From assembly GCA_043228905.1 (NCBI GenBank), contig JBHGNT010000002.1, forward strand, positions 1,550,001-1,614,000: a DNA stretch of 64,000 bases, in the 5' to 3' direction. Origin of the DNA: Azolla caroliniana (Eukaryota; Plantae; Polypodiophyta). This document shows, one piece after another, positions 12,633 through 27,906 of this stretch. Made by a program: the position numbers and the translations under genes. The notes under the pieces are model-generated. The model had not been told where the DNA came from and made no database searches. It saw only the letters and a list, made by a program, of their open reading frames with translations. How positions within the stretch are numbered: position 1 is the stretch's first letter; each line of letters begins with the position of its first letter.

Positions 12633-13390
12633 GCGTGTCAGTATAACAGACCCTTATCCTTAGTGCCACTAACATACTAGAGTATCCGGTGTGCGCATTG
12701 AAGGTGTTCCACAGTCAGCTTCTACATGAATTGGCTAATCACTCTGACCAAATAATTGATGTGGGGTTGGGTGATAGTTGAGTAGATAAGGCTTCCGACA
12801 ATTTGTCGGAACCGTTTCTCGTTGCAACCCAGGCTGCAGACCACCGAGGCAAATTTGCACCATTTCGTCCTCATCTATCGTGACGTCAATGGACCCTAAT
12901 GCGTCGCAAATCTCCATTATCTTCGCGGTGTAGTCTAAAACTGACATATCCTTTTGTCAGATATTGTTCAGTTCTTGCCGAAGCTATAGATTGCGGGTTG
13001 AGGTACTTGCGGCGAAAAACTTTTTCAGATTTTCCTAGGCCTGTTTCAGCGTCTTAGCATATCTAATGTAGTTGATCATCTGGTTGTGCACGGAGGACGC
13101 AAGGCAGTACAAAACTCTACTTGCTCCTTGTTCCCATGCCAAGAACTCCTTTTGTGACGACTCTGATGCTATTTCATTTGCACCCTCAACATAACTCCAG
13201 TATCCATGTTCGAGCAGATACTGGTGCATCTTGTACGATCAAGATGCATAGGTGTGTCTGTCGAGCTTCTTTGTCAGAAGCGAACTTGCCATACCTTTGT
13301 CCATCTTTCGCTCTTTACTGGGTGTTAGGGTTTGTCTTTAGTAATCGCTCATCGGCTACGGAGGTTCTCAACCCTCGCACTCTGATACCA

Positions 13391-13767
13391 TGTAAAAGTT
13401 AATATGTGGAAGCTTATGACAAACCAGTTTAGCTAGATAGCAACAGAGAGAGTACAGGTCTAATGGAAACCTTACAAGACACAAATAGAGAGTGGGAGAG
13501 ACAAAGAGAGCATAATAGCATAAATTATATTCAAAAAATAATACTTTGTACATAAGATGTGCTCAATGAGCACCTTTTATACAAGTCCACAAGGGACTCA
13601 CAGAAGTACAATGTACTTCAATGCTCATACGAGCGACTGACACTAACTACAAGGACCATGACTACCTAGTAGTCTAAAAGCGTAGACCTTTAAACGGCCT
13701 ACTAGTACACATGTGGAACCGGCTACCTGATCCCGATCCCGATCCGGTTGAGCTTGCTCGCTCAACA
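13391..13767 (-). repeat. 5' LTR of the copia element
   Basis: TGTAAAAG...CTCAACA termini, adjacent to the PBS. Confidence 0.93.
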
Positions 13768-14138
13768 GTATGGAACATCTCCGATATAATAAAGAACATG
13801 TCTTGGACATTCCATAGCCATTCCCTTTTGTATTGTGCTTTTAATCATGCGTGTGTGATCTTTGATAGACACGTTCAGAACATCAACGGGTCCTAGAAAT
13901 AAGAAAGTCAGAGAAGGTAAACTCGCACTTGAGGCCCAAATTTTTAATGGCTACAAGTTTACCTATGTGCAACTCAATCAAACCTTGCTCACTGAGATGA
14001 CCTAACTACTATATTCATCATTGGATTTCATATGAGCAACAATAACAACTCTGTTGAAAACTTTATTTCTAACTTTCTCTCATTTAAAGCAATGCGCATT
14101 TGGCCAATATATTGCAGTCAAACTTTGTAGTCAACATG

Positions 14139-14352
14139 GCTTTGATACCAATTGTTGTGCAAACATGATCAATTGTGATAGGATCAACAAAGGTTATACA
14201 ACACCGTCCAATGATGGATTCCATACTTGACATGGTTTTCCAAACATGTACTTTTGGATACACCCATCACCAAAATGTGAGCTCTAGTGAGCTTCACATC
14301 TTTTATAATCATACCCCCCTACCTTGAACCATGTCATCAAGCTCTAATACCA
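14139..14352 (-). mobile_element. LTR-retrotransposon remnants (two PBS-like motifs and one PPT-like tract)
   Basis: GCTTTGATACCA at 14139-14150 and GCTCTAATACCA at 14341-14352 are reverse complements of tRNA-Met PBS. A C-run at about 14314-14319 is PPT-like on the minus strand. No paired LTRs were recognised. Confidence 0.35.
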
Positions 14353-15523
14353 TATTAGCATGGTAGGATTAGTGAAATGAGCACAAATTCAACAAACATT
14401 TGGATACCTAGCATCCAAGAACACATCAAACATAAAAGAAGGTAGAACAGACCAATCAATTCTATTAAAAGGAATATGCTACAATGACATATCAAAAGAC
14501 AATTTGTTTGGCATGTTCCTACTTCCCTGCTCCCACCAACAAATACCTTCTTGCTAGTTTGTTGTTAAGGGTTCGGATATGTATTTGCCCTATTATGGCA
14601 AAACCAAAAAAGATAGTTGTCGAACATCTCGGAGTGCTTCCAACTAAGTAACTAGTTCACTTCAATGAACTCTTACTTACTATGCTCTCTTACTTGAGAA
14701 ATACAAGTTAAACGACTTAGACAAGACTTAACTCAAGCACATTACTTCATTAATCTCTCCACTAATGATGAAATGCAAGAAATCAAATGTGAGCATCTCC
14801 ACGCAAACGGATCACCAACCAATTGTGCTCAATACAAGTAAAACCTAAGTACTGAAGATTGGATACTTCAGTCTTAGGTTATTGCTTAATACAAGGTTTG
14901 CTTCCAAGTCCACATTAAGTCATGTAGCACCAATGAAGACTCAAGAAATTCATATTAATCACTTTTGACTAAGCATTGATGTGAATAAGCATGCCTTTTC
15001 TAACAGAAACAGTAATACTACACATGCCATAGATATTCCATGCTTGGCTGTAAGGTTTTTCAGTTATGATACAAAATAGGTTTTTGTTTGATGCTTGTTC
15101 ATTTGTTGGATCCTTTTGATGAGTATGGCTTTAACCTCCAACAATGGATGATGTGAGCTTACCAATATTTGGTTTCCTTTATAATGTAAATGATCTCTAT
15201 GAGAGAGGGAGATAGGAAACAAGAAGTGGTAAAAAAAATAAAGCTGATATGATATGGTTTGATCATAGATACAACAGCAGGCCGGCCCTTTGTAAAGAAA
15301 CATGAGGAATGTGGCCTTTGCTTCGTAATATGCATTACATGAAGATACTTCTATACAGCAGCATGATTCATTTTGAAGAGATGGAGACCCATAACTGGAA
15401 TAAAAGTTCTGAACAAAGGGCTGATTTGGCTTTTGTTTTTTTCTTTCCTAGCGTGGGGAGGAAGGATTTATTCAAATTATACGAGCAGGACATGTTTTTT
15501 GCTCTGAAGTGCCTATATCCACG

Positions 15524-18500
15524 CTAAACAGGTATGACATCCTCTTTTGAACTATCTTCACAAATCAAGATCGTTCCAGATAGGCTTGCTGGTAAGAAAA
15601 GATGTTTCCATTGGCAACCCGTAGATAGAGGATCTGACGGTGGCACGATCATCAACACATTCTCAGTCCGTTGAACCACTCCCATTACCGTTATTGTACT
15701 GCCTTCTTTTATATATCTACATCCATCACATTAGAAATCAACTTCTGGTTACTTTACATTACAACCTATTTATTTTTTAGGTTGCATATTTTGTGAAATT
15801 TTATTTTCCTTTTTAAAATAATTTTTCCACCATCTTACCTTTTCCATTGTTTTATTTTAACCATCAAGTATTAAAGGTTTTTTATACTCTAAAAGCTACT
15901 TAAAAACTTCTACAAGTTTAAATTTTCACGAGTATAAGGACTCTATGAGCATCTAAAAAATCAGGTAAGAAAACAGAGCTTTCCATATTTTAATCTATTT
16001 TTGCCTTCTCTCTTATAGCCTCATCACATGCTACTGGGAGACTAATATTTAGCAACATTTAGTAGTATTTACTTTCATGGTGCTATTAAAGCTACAACAT
16101 TGTCTCACAATCATCCCTTGTTTATTCATGTTTGAATAAATCCCTGAGGTTTAGTTCTCTCTGAAGCGAAGCTATTTCTATATTCCTTAGTCAATGAATA
16201 TTTGGATTCTTACTCATGTTTTAATAAATTTCTGATGCCCAATTCTATCTAATCTATTACCAGATTTCTAAAAACTTGAATTTTCAATGAGCACTGAGGA
16301 TTCTAACACAGTCTTAGTGAAAATGTTCAATTTGTGTACTCTATTTTATACTGTGTGACACGAGAACTATCTGAGGTCCAGCGTTTAGTATTTCTCATTC
16401 AATTAAGTCTTTCATGTGGGATATGGCTCTTACTCTAAAACCCAAAAGAAGAAACATATGAAGAATAAATGAGAGTGCCTCTTGATGCAATTTTTGTCTA
16501 AAGAAAGCCACATACAAAAACATACCCTTCCTGAAGTCTCATAATACGATCGTCGCTTGATAAGTTACGCTCAGCAAGCCATCGCACAAAGTTGGATGAG
16601 AGCTCTCTATCCTTCTTGGTGACATCCACAATTGTACTCTCCCCCACATACGGTGTTACACTTGCACCATATCCCACTTTCACTAAAGCTCTCAACCCTG
16701 ACTTGTAGTCGGAAATATAGAAATCGGTGACTCGGCGCTGGAAACACAGCATCATGGCCTCATTAGGGAAAAGAAAACAAATTCAATGTTTTCACATATG
16801 CATGGATGGATGAAACATGTTTTACTCGGTTGATATATGGATTATAATTCCAGCTTTTGACAAATATATAAGCTAATCACCATTGTTTTACCTCCATGTA
16901 TCTCAAGCCCCACGTGAAGATTCTATGCTTTGGGTTCGCAGGTTTTGTCTTTAAATTTCTATATTCATGGAGTGCACATGATGTGTAGACACATCGGTTC
17001 ACTCTTTGATATGATGTCTCTAGAGGCACACTTCCACAAGTTACAATCTGGAAGAAGAAAAAACAGATAGGTGGATTTGAGAAACAATTCAGAAATATGT
17101 ATTTCAGTTATTTGCACAATGGAGACTTAATGAGAGGAAACAGAACATAAGGCAAATCTTTACCTAATCCAAAGAGGTCAAAGTTTTTTAAGGGAATAAA
17201 TGACTTTTTAAACCTAATTTCTGATGATAAATTTTTTAACACTTCATTTAAATACCAGACTAGATTTTGTAAATTCGTATGCATCCATGAGCACATCTAA
17301 TAAGAGCAGAAGCTAGCAAGAGTATGCATTTATTCATAGCTTCTATATCTTGTCACCCTGAATTCAGCCATATGTCAGAAAAAACACAAGGGATTACCTT
17401 TTTGATACATCACAACCGAAAATAGTCATTTCTTGAAACCTTATTCCCTGGAAAGAATGCCACTTCCTACAAGGAATAGTGTTTCTTGATGCTAACAAGT
17501 TAAGGACATTGACTTTCTTCTGTAAAATTTTATTTTGCTCTACAACATTTACAAGGCTGGCCCTTCATATCCACTACCCATATACACATTTTAATTGGTT
17601 TGATATCATATGGAAGGCCCATTTATGTGGCCATTTGTAGTCATTTCCATACAGCAACAATATGCAATTATGGAAGTAACAAAAAAGCATAATTTGGACC
17701 CACCAAAAAATCTATCATCCCCGTACCTAGCATGAGATGCATACAGGTTCCACAAGTGACGCCATGTTCATTGCATGGGGAGGATCAATCGCATAAGCTT
17801 CAGCATACAGGAAGGGTTGTTAGAGATGCTTTATATATGCCACAGTATGTGAATTCTCCAAAATCGTTCAAATCCTAGGCCTAATGCCAAAGCCTAAAAT
17901 ATTCTATTCTCTGTTATATCTTCTTACATATAATCAACCCATGACTTTCCCTTCTACATGAATTTATACAAAGACGTCTCTCGTTGTCATGTTTAATTGA
18001 ATTATCGTAAAACAATGCATGCCATTCTAGCATCCATGTCTCTCATAACCTTAGTTCCTTAATCCCTAGTTGTGTTATTTAAAGTCCAATTATGATCACC
18101 TCTATTCCTGATTCCTAGTCATCCCAATTTCGGACCTTCGTGGAGTTTTCTCAAGTCCAAAGGACAATTGAGAGGTGTTCTATTCAATGAGATTCACAGT
18201 GTACTGGCCACTGTCATTCTCATTCCTCTGTGAGAGTCATGTGGGGTCAGTATGTGTATCATGGTCATGCCCAAAATGGCAAATCCACAACCCAAAGGAA
18301 TGAATCAGATCCATGATCCTTCTTGAGTTCTCTACATTTGTCTGTTGATGGGCATCTCAGTAACACTGAAATACTTTCAACATAATAATATATATCTAGA
18401 TGTCGGACAAGATGAGACAAAGGTCATGAGCATAAGCAGGAAAACATTTATTTTGCAATGAAAATAGAAAAACAATATATACATTCATTGTATTGAAGTA

Positions 18501-20463
18501 AGGGTGTGGCAACTTACTCCAGTAATTTTCACATACTGACCATCCTTAGCTTCATCCAATCCAAAACTTGGATATCGAGACACAAACCGTGTCACTGATC
18601 TGTGACCCATACAACAGTTCCATATCAGGAGCAATACGACTGCTCCAAATAGAGACACTACTAAAATAAGTAGAACTGCATTATGAACAGCTCCGAGAAT
18701 GAAACCTCCAGCAATGAAGCCAATGATAAAAAGAGGCACCACTGTCCAAAGGATAACCGTCGGGAGATTTCCTAAGAAGGATGACTTCTGATCATTTGAA
18801 AGATAATTAATGGACTGATTGATTGGGTTTTTATTGTTCTGCATGCTTGAAGTTCTTGAGAATGAATTGCTCTCTATGGGACCTGAAATCATGTTAAAAC
18901 TTGAAAAATGTCAACAAATTCAAACGCGTGTGTAAAGCAAAACAGAATAATTCTGAATTCTCTTGAATGTTTGAAACATAAATGATAAACTAGAAACTCA
19001 AATGCAAAACAACAAATACTGGCTTATTGCAATATATTTAAACTTTGAAAGATCGAAATACAAACCAAATGCAAAACAGAAGAGGATATGATGTTTCTTT
19101 TATATCATATCACCACAGCTCATAACATGCTCATTAATTGCTTACTCTGGAATATCATAGCTCATATGCTAATGTCAATACTTGAATGTTCAAAAACAAA
19201 ATGGAATAGAATATGCTTATTCTTACATTATGATTGCTCATATAGAGTGCTTAGACATAAATGTTTAAGTCAAAATTACCAAATACGCTAATATCTATTA
19301 GAAATTCAAAGAGTATGGTTGCTTGTTGTCAAGCTACCTACATATTCTCTGCTGAAGTTGAGGCTCATAATAACGAAATTAGAAAATTAGAAGCAAATTT
19401 AGTGAAGTATGTTTCTAGTTACCTCAATTAGAAGATACCAACTTTCTAATAAGAAGCATGATTTGCTCGTTTTGCTTCTACTTTGAGTAATTGGGACATG
19501 CTCTCTTTCAAATTATAGAGTAATTAATAATTAGAGCTTTAAATTAGTTAAACTAATTCTCACACAATTTTTTAAGGTATAGTCATGTGTTCAACGTTAA
19601 TTTTCATATGATTTGGAATCACCATTTTGGGCAAGCATATATAGATCATTTTGAGAATAAGCAACGATAAGCAAATTTGATCATTTTCCTGCTTCATATA
19701 CATAAAATATGAAGTGCAGAACTCTGAAATCCTACTTAGTAGGCCTCAAATATGACAACTAGCAACTATGGCATCCCTACTTAATATGCATAAAATATGG
19801 TATCTTGGAACTATGACAACTTCATTAAAAATGCACAAATCCAGCTATCAAAGCAACCATGTTGTAAATATGTTCCACTGACTTGTAGCTCAAGAACAGA
19901 CACGTATTTACATTCAAAAATTCTGGAGCAAAATAAAAAGAAATACCTGAATGGTTCCTCGAAGCAGGTCCAGATGAGACAGGACCAGAGGTGATGAGAC
20001 CAGTGGCAGGAAGATTTGGCGTAAGAGGACCTGAATTTTGTCTTGAAAGAGGTCCTGACGTCTTCAGATGAGGGATTCTAGGCTCCCCACCTTTAGATAG
20101 AGGTCCCGAGTTTGAATTTGGCCTACTAAAAGAACCCAAATGTGTAATTTGAGGAGGAGGAGGAGGGTTCAATGGACCCGAATTTGATGAAGACGAGGTT
20201 CGAAACGAAGATCCCGCTCTTCCTGATGTCGATGATGATGTGGCAATCGGAATATTAGCATTGTTGATGGGTCCGGATTTCTTCATCTTAGAAGAATCTA
20301 CGTTTATATCGAACATCTTTCCAAGCTCTCCAGATTTCTTTATATCTCCTCCGGTGTATGGCACAGCAGTAGATGTCATTGTGGGTGGTTTTTCTTTGTA
20401 TTGTTCGGGTGCTCCAGAAACATAGAGACCCCCACTAAGCTGATGTACCCTGTTACTACCCAT
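15524..20463 (-). CDS. At1g16860-like uncharacterised membrane protein (annotated in plants as ubiquitin-specific protease family C19-related); exons 19947-20463, 18518-18882, 16892-17047, 16526-16737, 15524-15716
   Basis: MGSNRVHQLSGGLYVSG...PTMTSTAVPYTGGDIKKSGELGKMFDI; SGPL repeats; LPATGLITSGP; transmembrane segment GFIAGGFILGAVHNAVLL; AKDGQYVKITG/IVTCGSVPLETSYQRVNRCVY; DFYISDYKSGLRALVKVGYG; RIMRLQEG/YIKEGSTITVMGVVQR; ends DVIPV*. All junctions are GT-AG. Confidence 0.9.
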
Positions 20464-21384
20464 CTTTTTGGTTCGAAACAAGTAGATCAGGATAATGTAT
20501 CCGACAAATTTTAATACAAGCAAATTTATCTATATATAGTAGATTCTTTGTGAGAGACGGGTTTCCTAGTAAATCTTTCGCAGTTGCTTGGTAATGGGTT
20601 TCCTTTTGGCTAAAATCAGAACCAATGATCCACCAGAACCAGATTCAGATTTCAAAACCAGAACCTTCTGAACGATAATTCAGCTGCCGCGTCAGTATTG
20701 AAAATCTCCAGAAGACGTGAGGAAATGGATCAATATAGCCACTTAAATTTCTAAGGGAATCCTTATGTAGATGGGAATCTCGTTTTGACGAGATTCAGTA
20801 TTCAACCACAGAATCTTTTGAGGGAGATTCGCAAGATGCAGACCCCAATTTTCAAAGCATAAACTTTTGGATGAGAATTATATTGCCACTTCAGAAAGGA
20901 AAAGCAAATGTAACCTCACAGATCTATAAATATATATATATATATATATACCATCAACTAGACTCCATAAAAACTTCAGGAAATGCAAACAAATAGATCT
21001 TTGTATCATTAATCACATTCCATTTCTGTAGTCAGAATCCCGGATTCACCCGAAGCGGAATCTCTTCCACAGTATTCTTATCAAAATGTATGATCACAGA
21101 TCTGTGTAGCATTAACCAGATTCCATGTCTAGGATAGATCTTTATATCAATAGCCAGATTTCCGTGATAACGGTGAAAATTTACAAATTAAGGCTTCAGA
21201 AAGACCTACGAATCTTCACATTTCCATGTATCTTTAACGAGTGACGAGAGGAGATAATTTGGATAGATCAAAGTCAGCAAGCTTTTTTTCTTTGCAGAAA
21301 GAACAGATAATACTCGCAGGAGCTCTGACCCAAAACACGAACTCTAATTCTCCATGGTGAAGCGAAGAAGAACAGAGTGGACAC

Positions 21385-21600
21385 AGAGAGACAGAGAGAG
21401 AGAGAGAGAGATGAAGAAAGCAGGACAACCTGGGTTAGAAGAAACTTCTGCAGAAAACCCACATCTAGTTCTCTCTCTCTCTCCTCTCTCCTCTCTCCTC
21501 TTCTCTTTCTCCACTATCTACTCTACTAAGCAAAGAGCTAAGAAAGCACTCCACTTCCTCTCAAAGAAAAAAGCACTCCACAGAAAAAGCACTTTCCTCT

Positions 21601-21664
<64 letters not shown>

Positions 21665-21676
21665 TGTGTGTGTGTC

Positions 21677-21745
<69 letters not shown>
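21385..21745. repeat. Compound (GA/CT)n and (GT)n microsatellites at the probable promoter/5'UTR of the At1g16860-like gene
   Basis: Alternating GA, CT and GT runs are visible directly. Confidence 0.9.
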
Positions 21746-22887
21746 TGGGGGGAGGGAGGGGGAGAAGAGTTCTCCTCCTGTGGTGGTGATGGTTCTGTTG
21801 CTTCTCTTCTCTCTTGCCTCTTGTGCTTCTTGCTTTAGAGTTCATTTTCATATGATTAGGTTACATACATAGAAAATATGTAAACATATGGCCCCACCTG
21901 CCTGCCTGCCTGGGGACAAACCCCATCCATCCCAAGTCTCGATGATCGAGAGCAACACCTCCATGTACATACATACATACATACATAACATACATACATA
22001 GCTCTCAACGGATAGCTTTTGTGTTGCCTTCGAGAAGCGCTCCTTCGTGTAGCTCTCTGTGATATCTTATGTTGCATCATCCCTATCGGGTCACACACTG
22101 ATATGATATGATTTGATCGATCGTCCCACTTTAACCCTTGTACAAGCAACTGAGGAGACGAACGAGGTCCTTCGCACCGTCTCAATTGGCCCTTCCTTCA
22201 CATAGGCTCCCCCCACCCACTCCCTGTTGCTCTTTGTAGATGCCATGTTTTGTTATCATTCGTGGTCGTCCTTCCATTGTTTCATTTGATTGGGTCACAC
22301 CCATGTTGAGATGATTTGATCATGTCACGAGGATTTGACACGTAATTTTGACCACTCTACAAGCAATCACTGCGGAAAAAATGTAAGCCTTTCTTTACAA
22401 GGACTCTTGCATTCTAACAATGTGTCTCTCACGTATGCACTTGTCATCATCATCAATCCTTGCCATTCTTTCATGTGTTCATTTGATCCACTCTTTCATC
22501 ACAACAAACATGGCATTTCAACAATGTAAATTACTCCATCATTGACAAGAAATCAGCTAGGATAAAAGGAAAACATCCTTTGTAAGGGTCCTTTGATATG
22601 TATATATATTTGCACATGTAATTGAGGATTGCAATATCACTTTGCTCTTATCTTCTTGTTTGATCTCATCCCCCCCAACAAATTCATTGTTTTGAATCTT
22701 GATAATGACCCATTTTCAAGGCATGTACAATAGTGTCTTTTGCAACCAACACTATAGGTTGGTATAAGAAAATTGCCAAGAGAAACAACAGTTTCATGGA
22801 TCTATGCTTGACTCCCTTCTTGCAAATAGTCTATTGTCTTCATACATGTTAATACATAAAAGTTTTCCAATAGAAAACAAAGAAAAC

Positions 22888-22925
<38 letters not shown>

Positions 22926-25900
22926 GTGAACGAGTGTAAGAATATTAGTCAAAAGTCATAGCCTTCCATAGATTATTTGTTCGTGTCTCTAAATGCATTG
23001 ATTGTCTCTTAGGTTCCTTGCTATGAAAATAGAGAGAACCTCAAATTATGACCTATGCAACCAAAATTGCATTTACAAATTTAGTGGAAAGCCAACAACA
23101 TGACAGAAGAATAAAATGAACATGTGATGATGCATTCTCATATAGTCATTGAAGAGAGATATCCAAGATATATCATTTTATTGCCCATTGCGTACCATAA
23201 CAATGTCATGTGATGATGGCACTTTCCACAACAATGGCTCGTTGGAAAATTGCATGTTTGCGTAGAAGGTCAATAATACACATTGTGGTGATCATTGGAA
23301 TAATTATGCTTGTATTTTTTAACATATCGAAGGCATGTATAGTTAGTTTAATGATGCTTCCAACAAAATGACCCTACAAATATTATATGCTTTTAATGTA
23401 GGATCAAATGATCATCTATGAACGTGATCCCTAAGGTGTTTAAATATGATTGACTAGCTTTTTGGTATGCCCAATGGGTATAGTGGGCATTCTTTTATTT
23501 GGAAACACGAGGCTTCGTTTTCTTTAAAACTATCCAATCAATGACTTCACTTGTTTACTAAGTTGTTTTGTTTTCCCGATCTTCATTCATGACTAGTGGG
23601 GCAAGATGTCCTCTTATAAATTTGGTGAGACTAAAACATTTAGTTTCCATCTTTTTCTCCTATCATGTTCATCATGTTGCGATCATGCTTTGAAATGACA
23701 CGTGGGGTATGATGTCCTCCTCATAGTTTGGTGAAATTGAAACAAGTTGTTTCTCTCTTTTCCATCTCTTTGCTTCACCATGTTGCGATCGTGCCTTCGA
23801 GAAGTTGGTTCTCAACGCTTTAACCTCATTTCTTCAATGTCGTTGGATTATATATTGCATACATCACCATTGTTTGCTTTTTCTCTCGATAAACAAATAA
23901 TATTGATATGCTTCCTCTAATTTATCTCTACAATGTTCGTTTTCCATCGATGTTGGTCTTGCAATTTGTAGGGAAAGTTGTTGATTTGGATGACTCCAAC
24001 ATATTTGCTCATGATCAATTATATGTCTCCAAGAGTTGTTGCATTCAAGGAAACTTGATGTTTTCAATGATTGCTTACAAGGTTAATTGTGTTGACTGAT
24101 TGCATTTTATGTTTGCACACACACATATAAATATGCCCATACCCCAAATACATATGTGTGATCTAGTAAACTTAGATGTACACCGATATGTGGTTTACTT
24201 ATTCCACAGTAACCAAGAACATTCTCACACATGATGAAACAAATCATAGCCTATAATCCATGCTACCTTTAAAACATGTCCACTACACAAAGCATAAAGT
24301 ATAGTTATCATTGCCGATCTTTTATTGAAAAAGGGTTACCTGGAAGCAATTTACCTACACACCCAGTAATATGTGATAAACTTGTATATACACACAAAAT
24401 AACAATTTATTTGCAGTCTAAATACACATGTGTGTACGTGCATAAATATCTACCTCGTCATCTCCCTTCTATGCATTATATTTATATGTACATTAGATAT
24501 TCTCAAATGTCATGAATCCCACCTTTGTATTACTGGTTACTAATAATATTGGGAGGTGGTGTGGGTCACATTATTCATTCACAATTTTAATCAATAATTG
24601 ACAAACTCATTGTACCCATGTTAGGTAACACCTTCCTCGCCTATAGAAGAACCCCTTACACCTTCCCATGGACATTTTCATGTGTATTTGATATATTGAT
24701 AACAAAGCATCTATTATTCTGGACTCTGGCATATACATATGCACTGAAAAATTGCACCAATGTCAATTCAAGTAAAGCTTTGCAATGATTACAAATATAA
24801 ACGTCGTGTGTGCTGTTGTCCTCAAAGTTAGTTAGTACGTAGAAATGAAAGTTATGACCCATAGAGTTTCATGTTGGTGGAGTTACCCTAATTGGGTGTC
24901 CTGGGTATATTTCCTTCTCGATACTGGATATTTCATGCTATGTTATGTTAACGTCAATTGTGATCCATCCAATTCATTTGGTATCTAACAAAGCCTTGGG
25001 TTCTTCACCGAACACATGCCTTATGGATCGTGACCCATATATTTTGTTAAACAAAGCTCTTAGATATATTATTCTAAAATAATATTTTGTATCTTCTCCC
25101 GATTTATGGCTTTCCTCTTGCCTATGATTTTATCCACGATGTAAACTTTATTAGTTATTTATGGGGTACAAGACTTTATTTAGCGTGTCAAAGCATGTCC
25201 ATGGCATCATGAAAACGACTAACAAATGAGTTGGAGCATTTAGTGACACATATTTTGCCATATCAAAATATATGATAATATATTTATGCACATACATATA
25301 CGTGTAATTCACAAAGTGGCTCTAATGTGGCTTGGAGTGAAAAACATAAATGATGATATCTTTCATACCATGATCACTAAAAGGGGAGAGACTGAGAGAG
25401 CGTAGATGGATGTACCTTAGTCGGTAGTGTTGCTTGGGGAAACCATAAGGTTGTGCATTCTAATGCAATGCCAACATTCCATAATGCCATCCAATGAATG
25501 AAGTAAGAAAATTGTGTATTGGTCAACAAACGAGCCTTGAACCCAAAGCTTAATATCAATCCTCTACCAACTTACCACTAAGGTAAGCTAATTACCCAAA
25601 TAGATTTATACATAAAGAGTCTATGTGTTGTTAATGTCGTTCACGAGATCAACAAATGATTTACAATACAAGGTTAAGCCCATGGCGCGGATTTGATTCG
25701 GGTTAATTGAAAACTTATGGCTTTGAATGTTGCAAGATTAATTCTAGTTGAGTAGAGGGCTTAGCCACATCATTTGTGTAAGTTGTCCCATAGGTCGAAG
25801 TATAAATCATATATATGTTCCCAAGTTTTATGAGTTTAATGTGTTGTATAATCAATGATGAATAACATGGGCAAATGGTTAGATACCATGCAATCATTAA

Positions 25901-27776
25901 TTTGATGCATCAATGCAACATGTAATTTGGGGGGAACACGAATGCACCAAACACACACATATACACATGTATTTATAGAGTGGGATCTTGATGTATAATT
26001 TGAGGGAGTATAAAGCATGCAATTAATGACCATGCTATTACTTATTGTAATTTACGAAGTCTATAATGGAATGAGGTTAATGTTTTGTCATCCTTCTAGT
26101 TATGTTGCATGATAATGAATGTGAATGCATGCATGGAAATATCCCAAACTCAATCTAGGGAGTTCCATTCCATCATGTTTTGGGGAGATAAAAACAAGAT
26201 GCTCAATAAGAGGTGATTGTTGTTCAATGCCCGTGCGTTAGAGTCTAACTAGTTAATAAAGTAAAACATAATGAATTATATGTTGGTATAAAAAGCCGAC
26301 TCCTTCCACCTTGTACCCTAGTGTGAACGCGTCTTGAAGTTAGGGATTGAGTATGTAAGCTCAACCCTAACATTGTAACTATAATGATCTTGAATATTGA
26401 GTCTTGTAGAGAGAGAGTTACAAAATAACGAGAACCTCCATTGAAGCTCCATATGTGTGTGTGGATCTACTATTTTCTTCCTTGTTGCATATATGTGTTT
26501 TTGTTGTGCACATAACCTACAGGTCCTCACATCCTTCCGCATACATATCAAACGCCATAACCTTCATTATAGACCAAATAAAGGGAAGAGGGATGCCAGA
26601 TCACCCAACCACCCACTCCTTAGAGATGACATGAGACATACCCGAACCTCCTTGATGTCCCATAATACCATCGAGGGTTGATGTGAGTTTGTACATTGAG
26701 TTTTGCAAGGATTGCACGTGCATAGCTAACAAGAGCCATAGCCACATTGACATAGTCTCGACATAAGTTAAGTCTCCTTTAAAACAAGGTAGCTAGCATT
26801 GTTATCTATGTAGAAACCCTAGTGTGTTCACACTTGAGCACTCAAGTGTTAACATGTTTAATGGTTAACTCACACCTTATAATTACTTATTACAATTCAT
26901 ACTCTTATTCCACACGACACAAACACCCATTGAAACGGGGATTTTGACACTCTACTAATAGAATCCCACACGATAGATGTAAATTTCCAGATAGTCCTTG
27001 CCAATGGAGTACTGATCAAGCAATGTCGACTATGTGCCTTCTCTCTCTCTCTTTGTTTGAATTGGAGAACTGGACAATATTGATAGAGGGATGTTAACTA
27101 CGTTCATTCTCTGTCTCTCTCAGCAACACATACAATTATAATATTTGCATTGTATGATCATCAAGGAGAGCCCAAAAATCTACAAATCCACCTACTAAGT
27201 TGTTGTTGGGTATCAGTCCCAAAAGTCGTAAGTTTTTAGAAATTGATGAGAACACATGCACCCTCTGTCTCTACACGAGAAGAACTTGCTACTGGACTGT
27301 CGAGGAAACACGAGGGTGTCTGTTGTACATAGGGGATAAATTTTGGAAACAGTTAGTGGTAAATTGGTAAATATCCAAAAATGTACATCCAGCCACATCA
27401 GGGAGGGGTGCCATATCAGCATATACATATATATACATACATGTGTACATGTGTACATATATACATATATACATGTGTACATATATACATTATCATATAG
27501 GGCCTTAAATGGATGTTTTTATAAATAAAAAGAGGAGCCTATTTTTGTTTCTAACCCTCGTTTGAAAAACAAGAGAAAAAAGGAGCCTTCAAATAAATGA
27601 AAGAAATAAAACCAAATAAATATTAGAAATGAATTAAAACGAATGAAATATGTATAACTGAACAAACCAAGAAATAAATAATAAATAAATAAATGAATGA
27701 ATAATGCAATGAATAAACAAAATAAAAAATAATGCATGAATGAACAAATAAACAAACAAACAAAAAAGAAAACGGG

Positions 27777-27906
<130 letters not shown>

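Larger units (their letters stand above)
10278..13767 (-). mobile_element. Internally deleted Ty1/copia LTR retrotransposon with both LTRs and a 5-bp TSD
   Basis: LTRs at 10278-10702 and 13391-13767 align. TSD GTATG at 10273-10277 and 13768-13772. tRNA-iMet PBS (revcomp TGGTATCAGAG) at 13380-13390 and PPT (revcomp CTTGAGGAGGAG) at 10703-10714. A gag fragment (YLLEHGYWSYVEG; MSVLDYTAKIMEICDALGSI) joins directly to the RT end and RNase H (YTDADWAGD..DRRSTS, KKQPTVALSST, KHIEVHYHFV). Confidence 0.95.

Noticed and set aside
14139-14560. Possible TRIM (PBS close to a PPT)
   Set aside because: The flanks that should be paired LTRs do not align by eye.
21354-21872. 172-aa and 96-aa ORFs
   Set aside because: They are translations of GA/GT microsatellites.
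22250-27450. About 5-kb gene-free interval
   Set aside because: It probably consists of old TE debris, but I could not support any motif, terminus or TSD.
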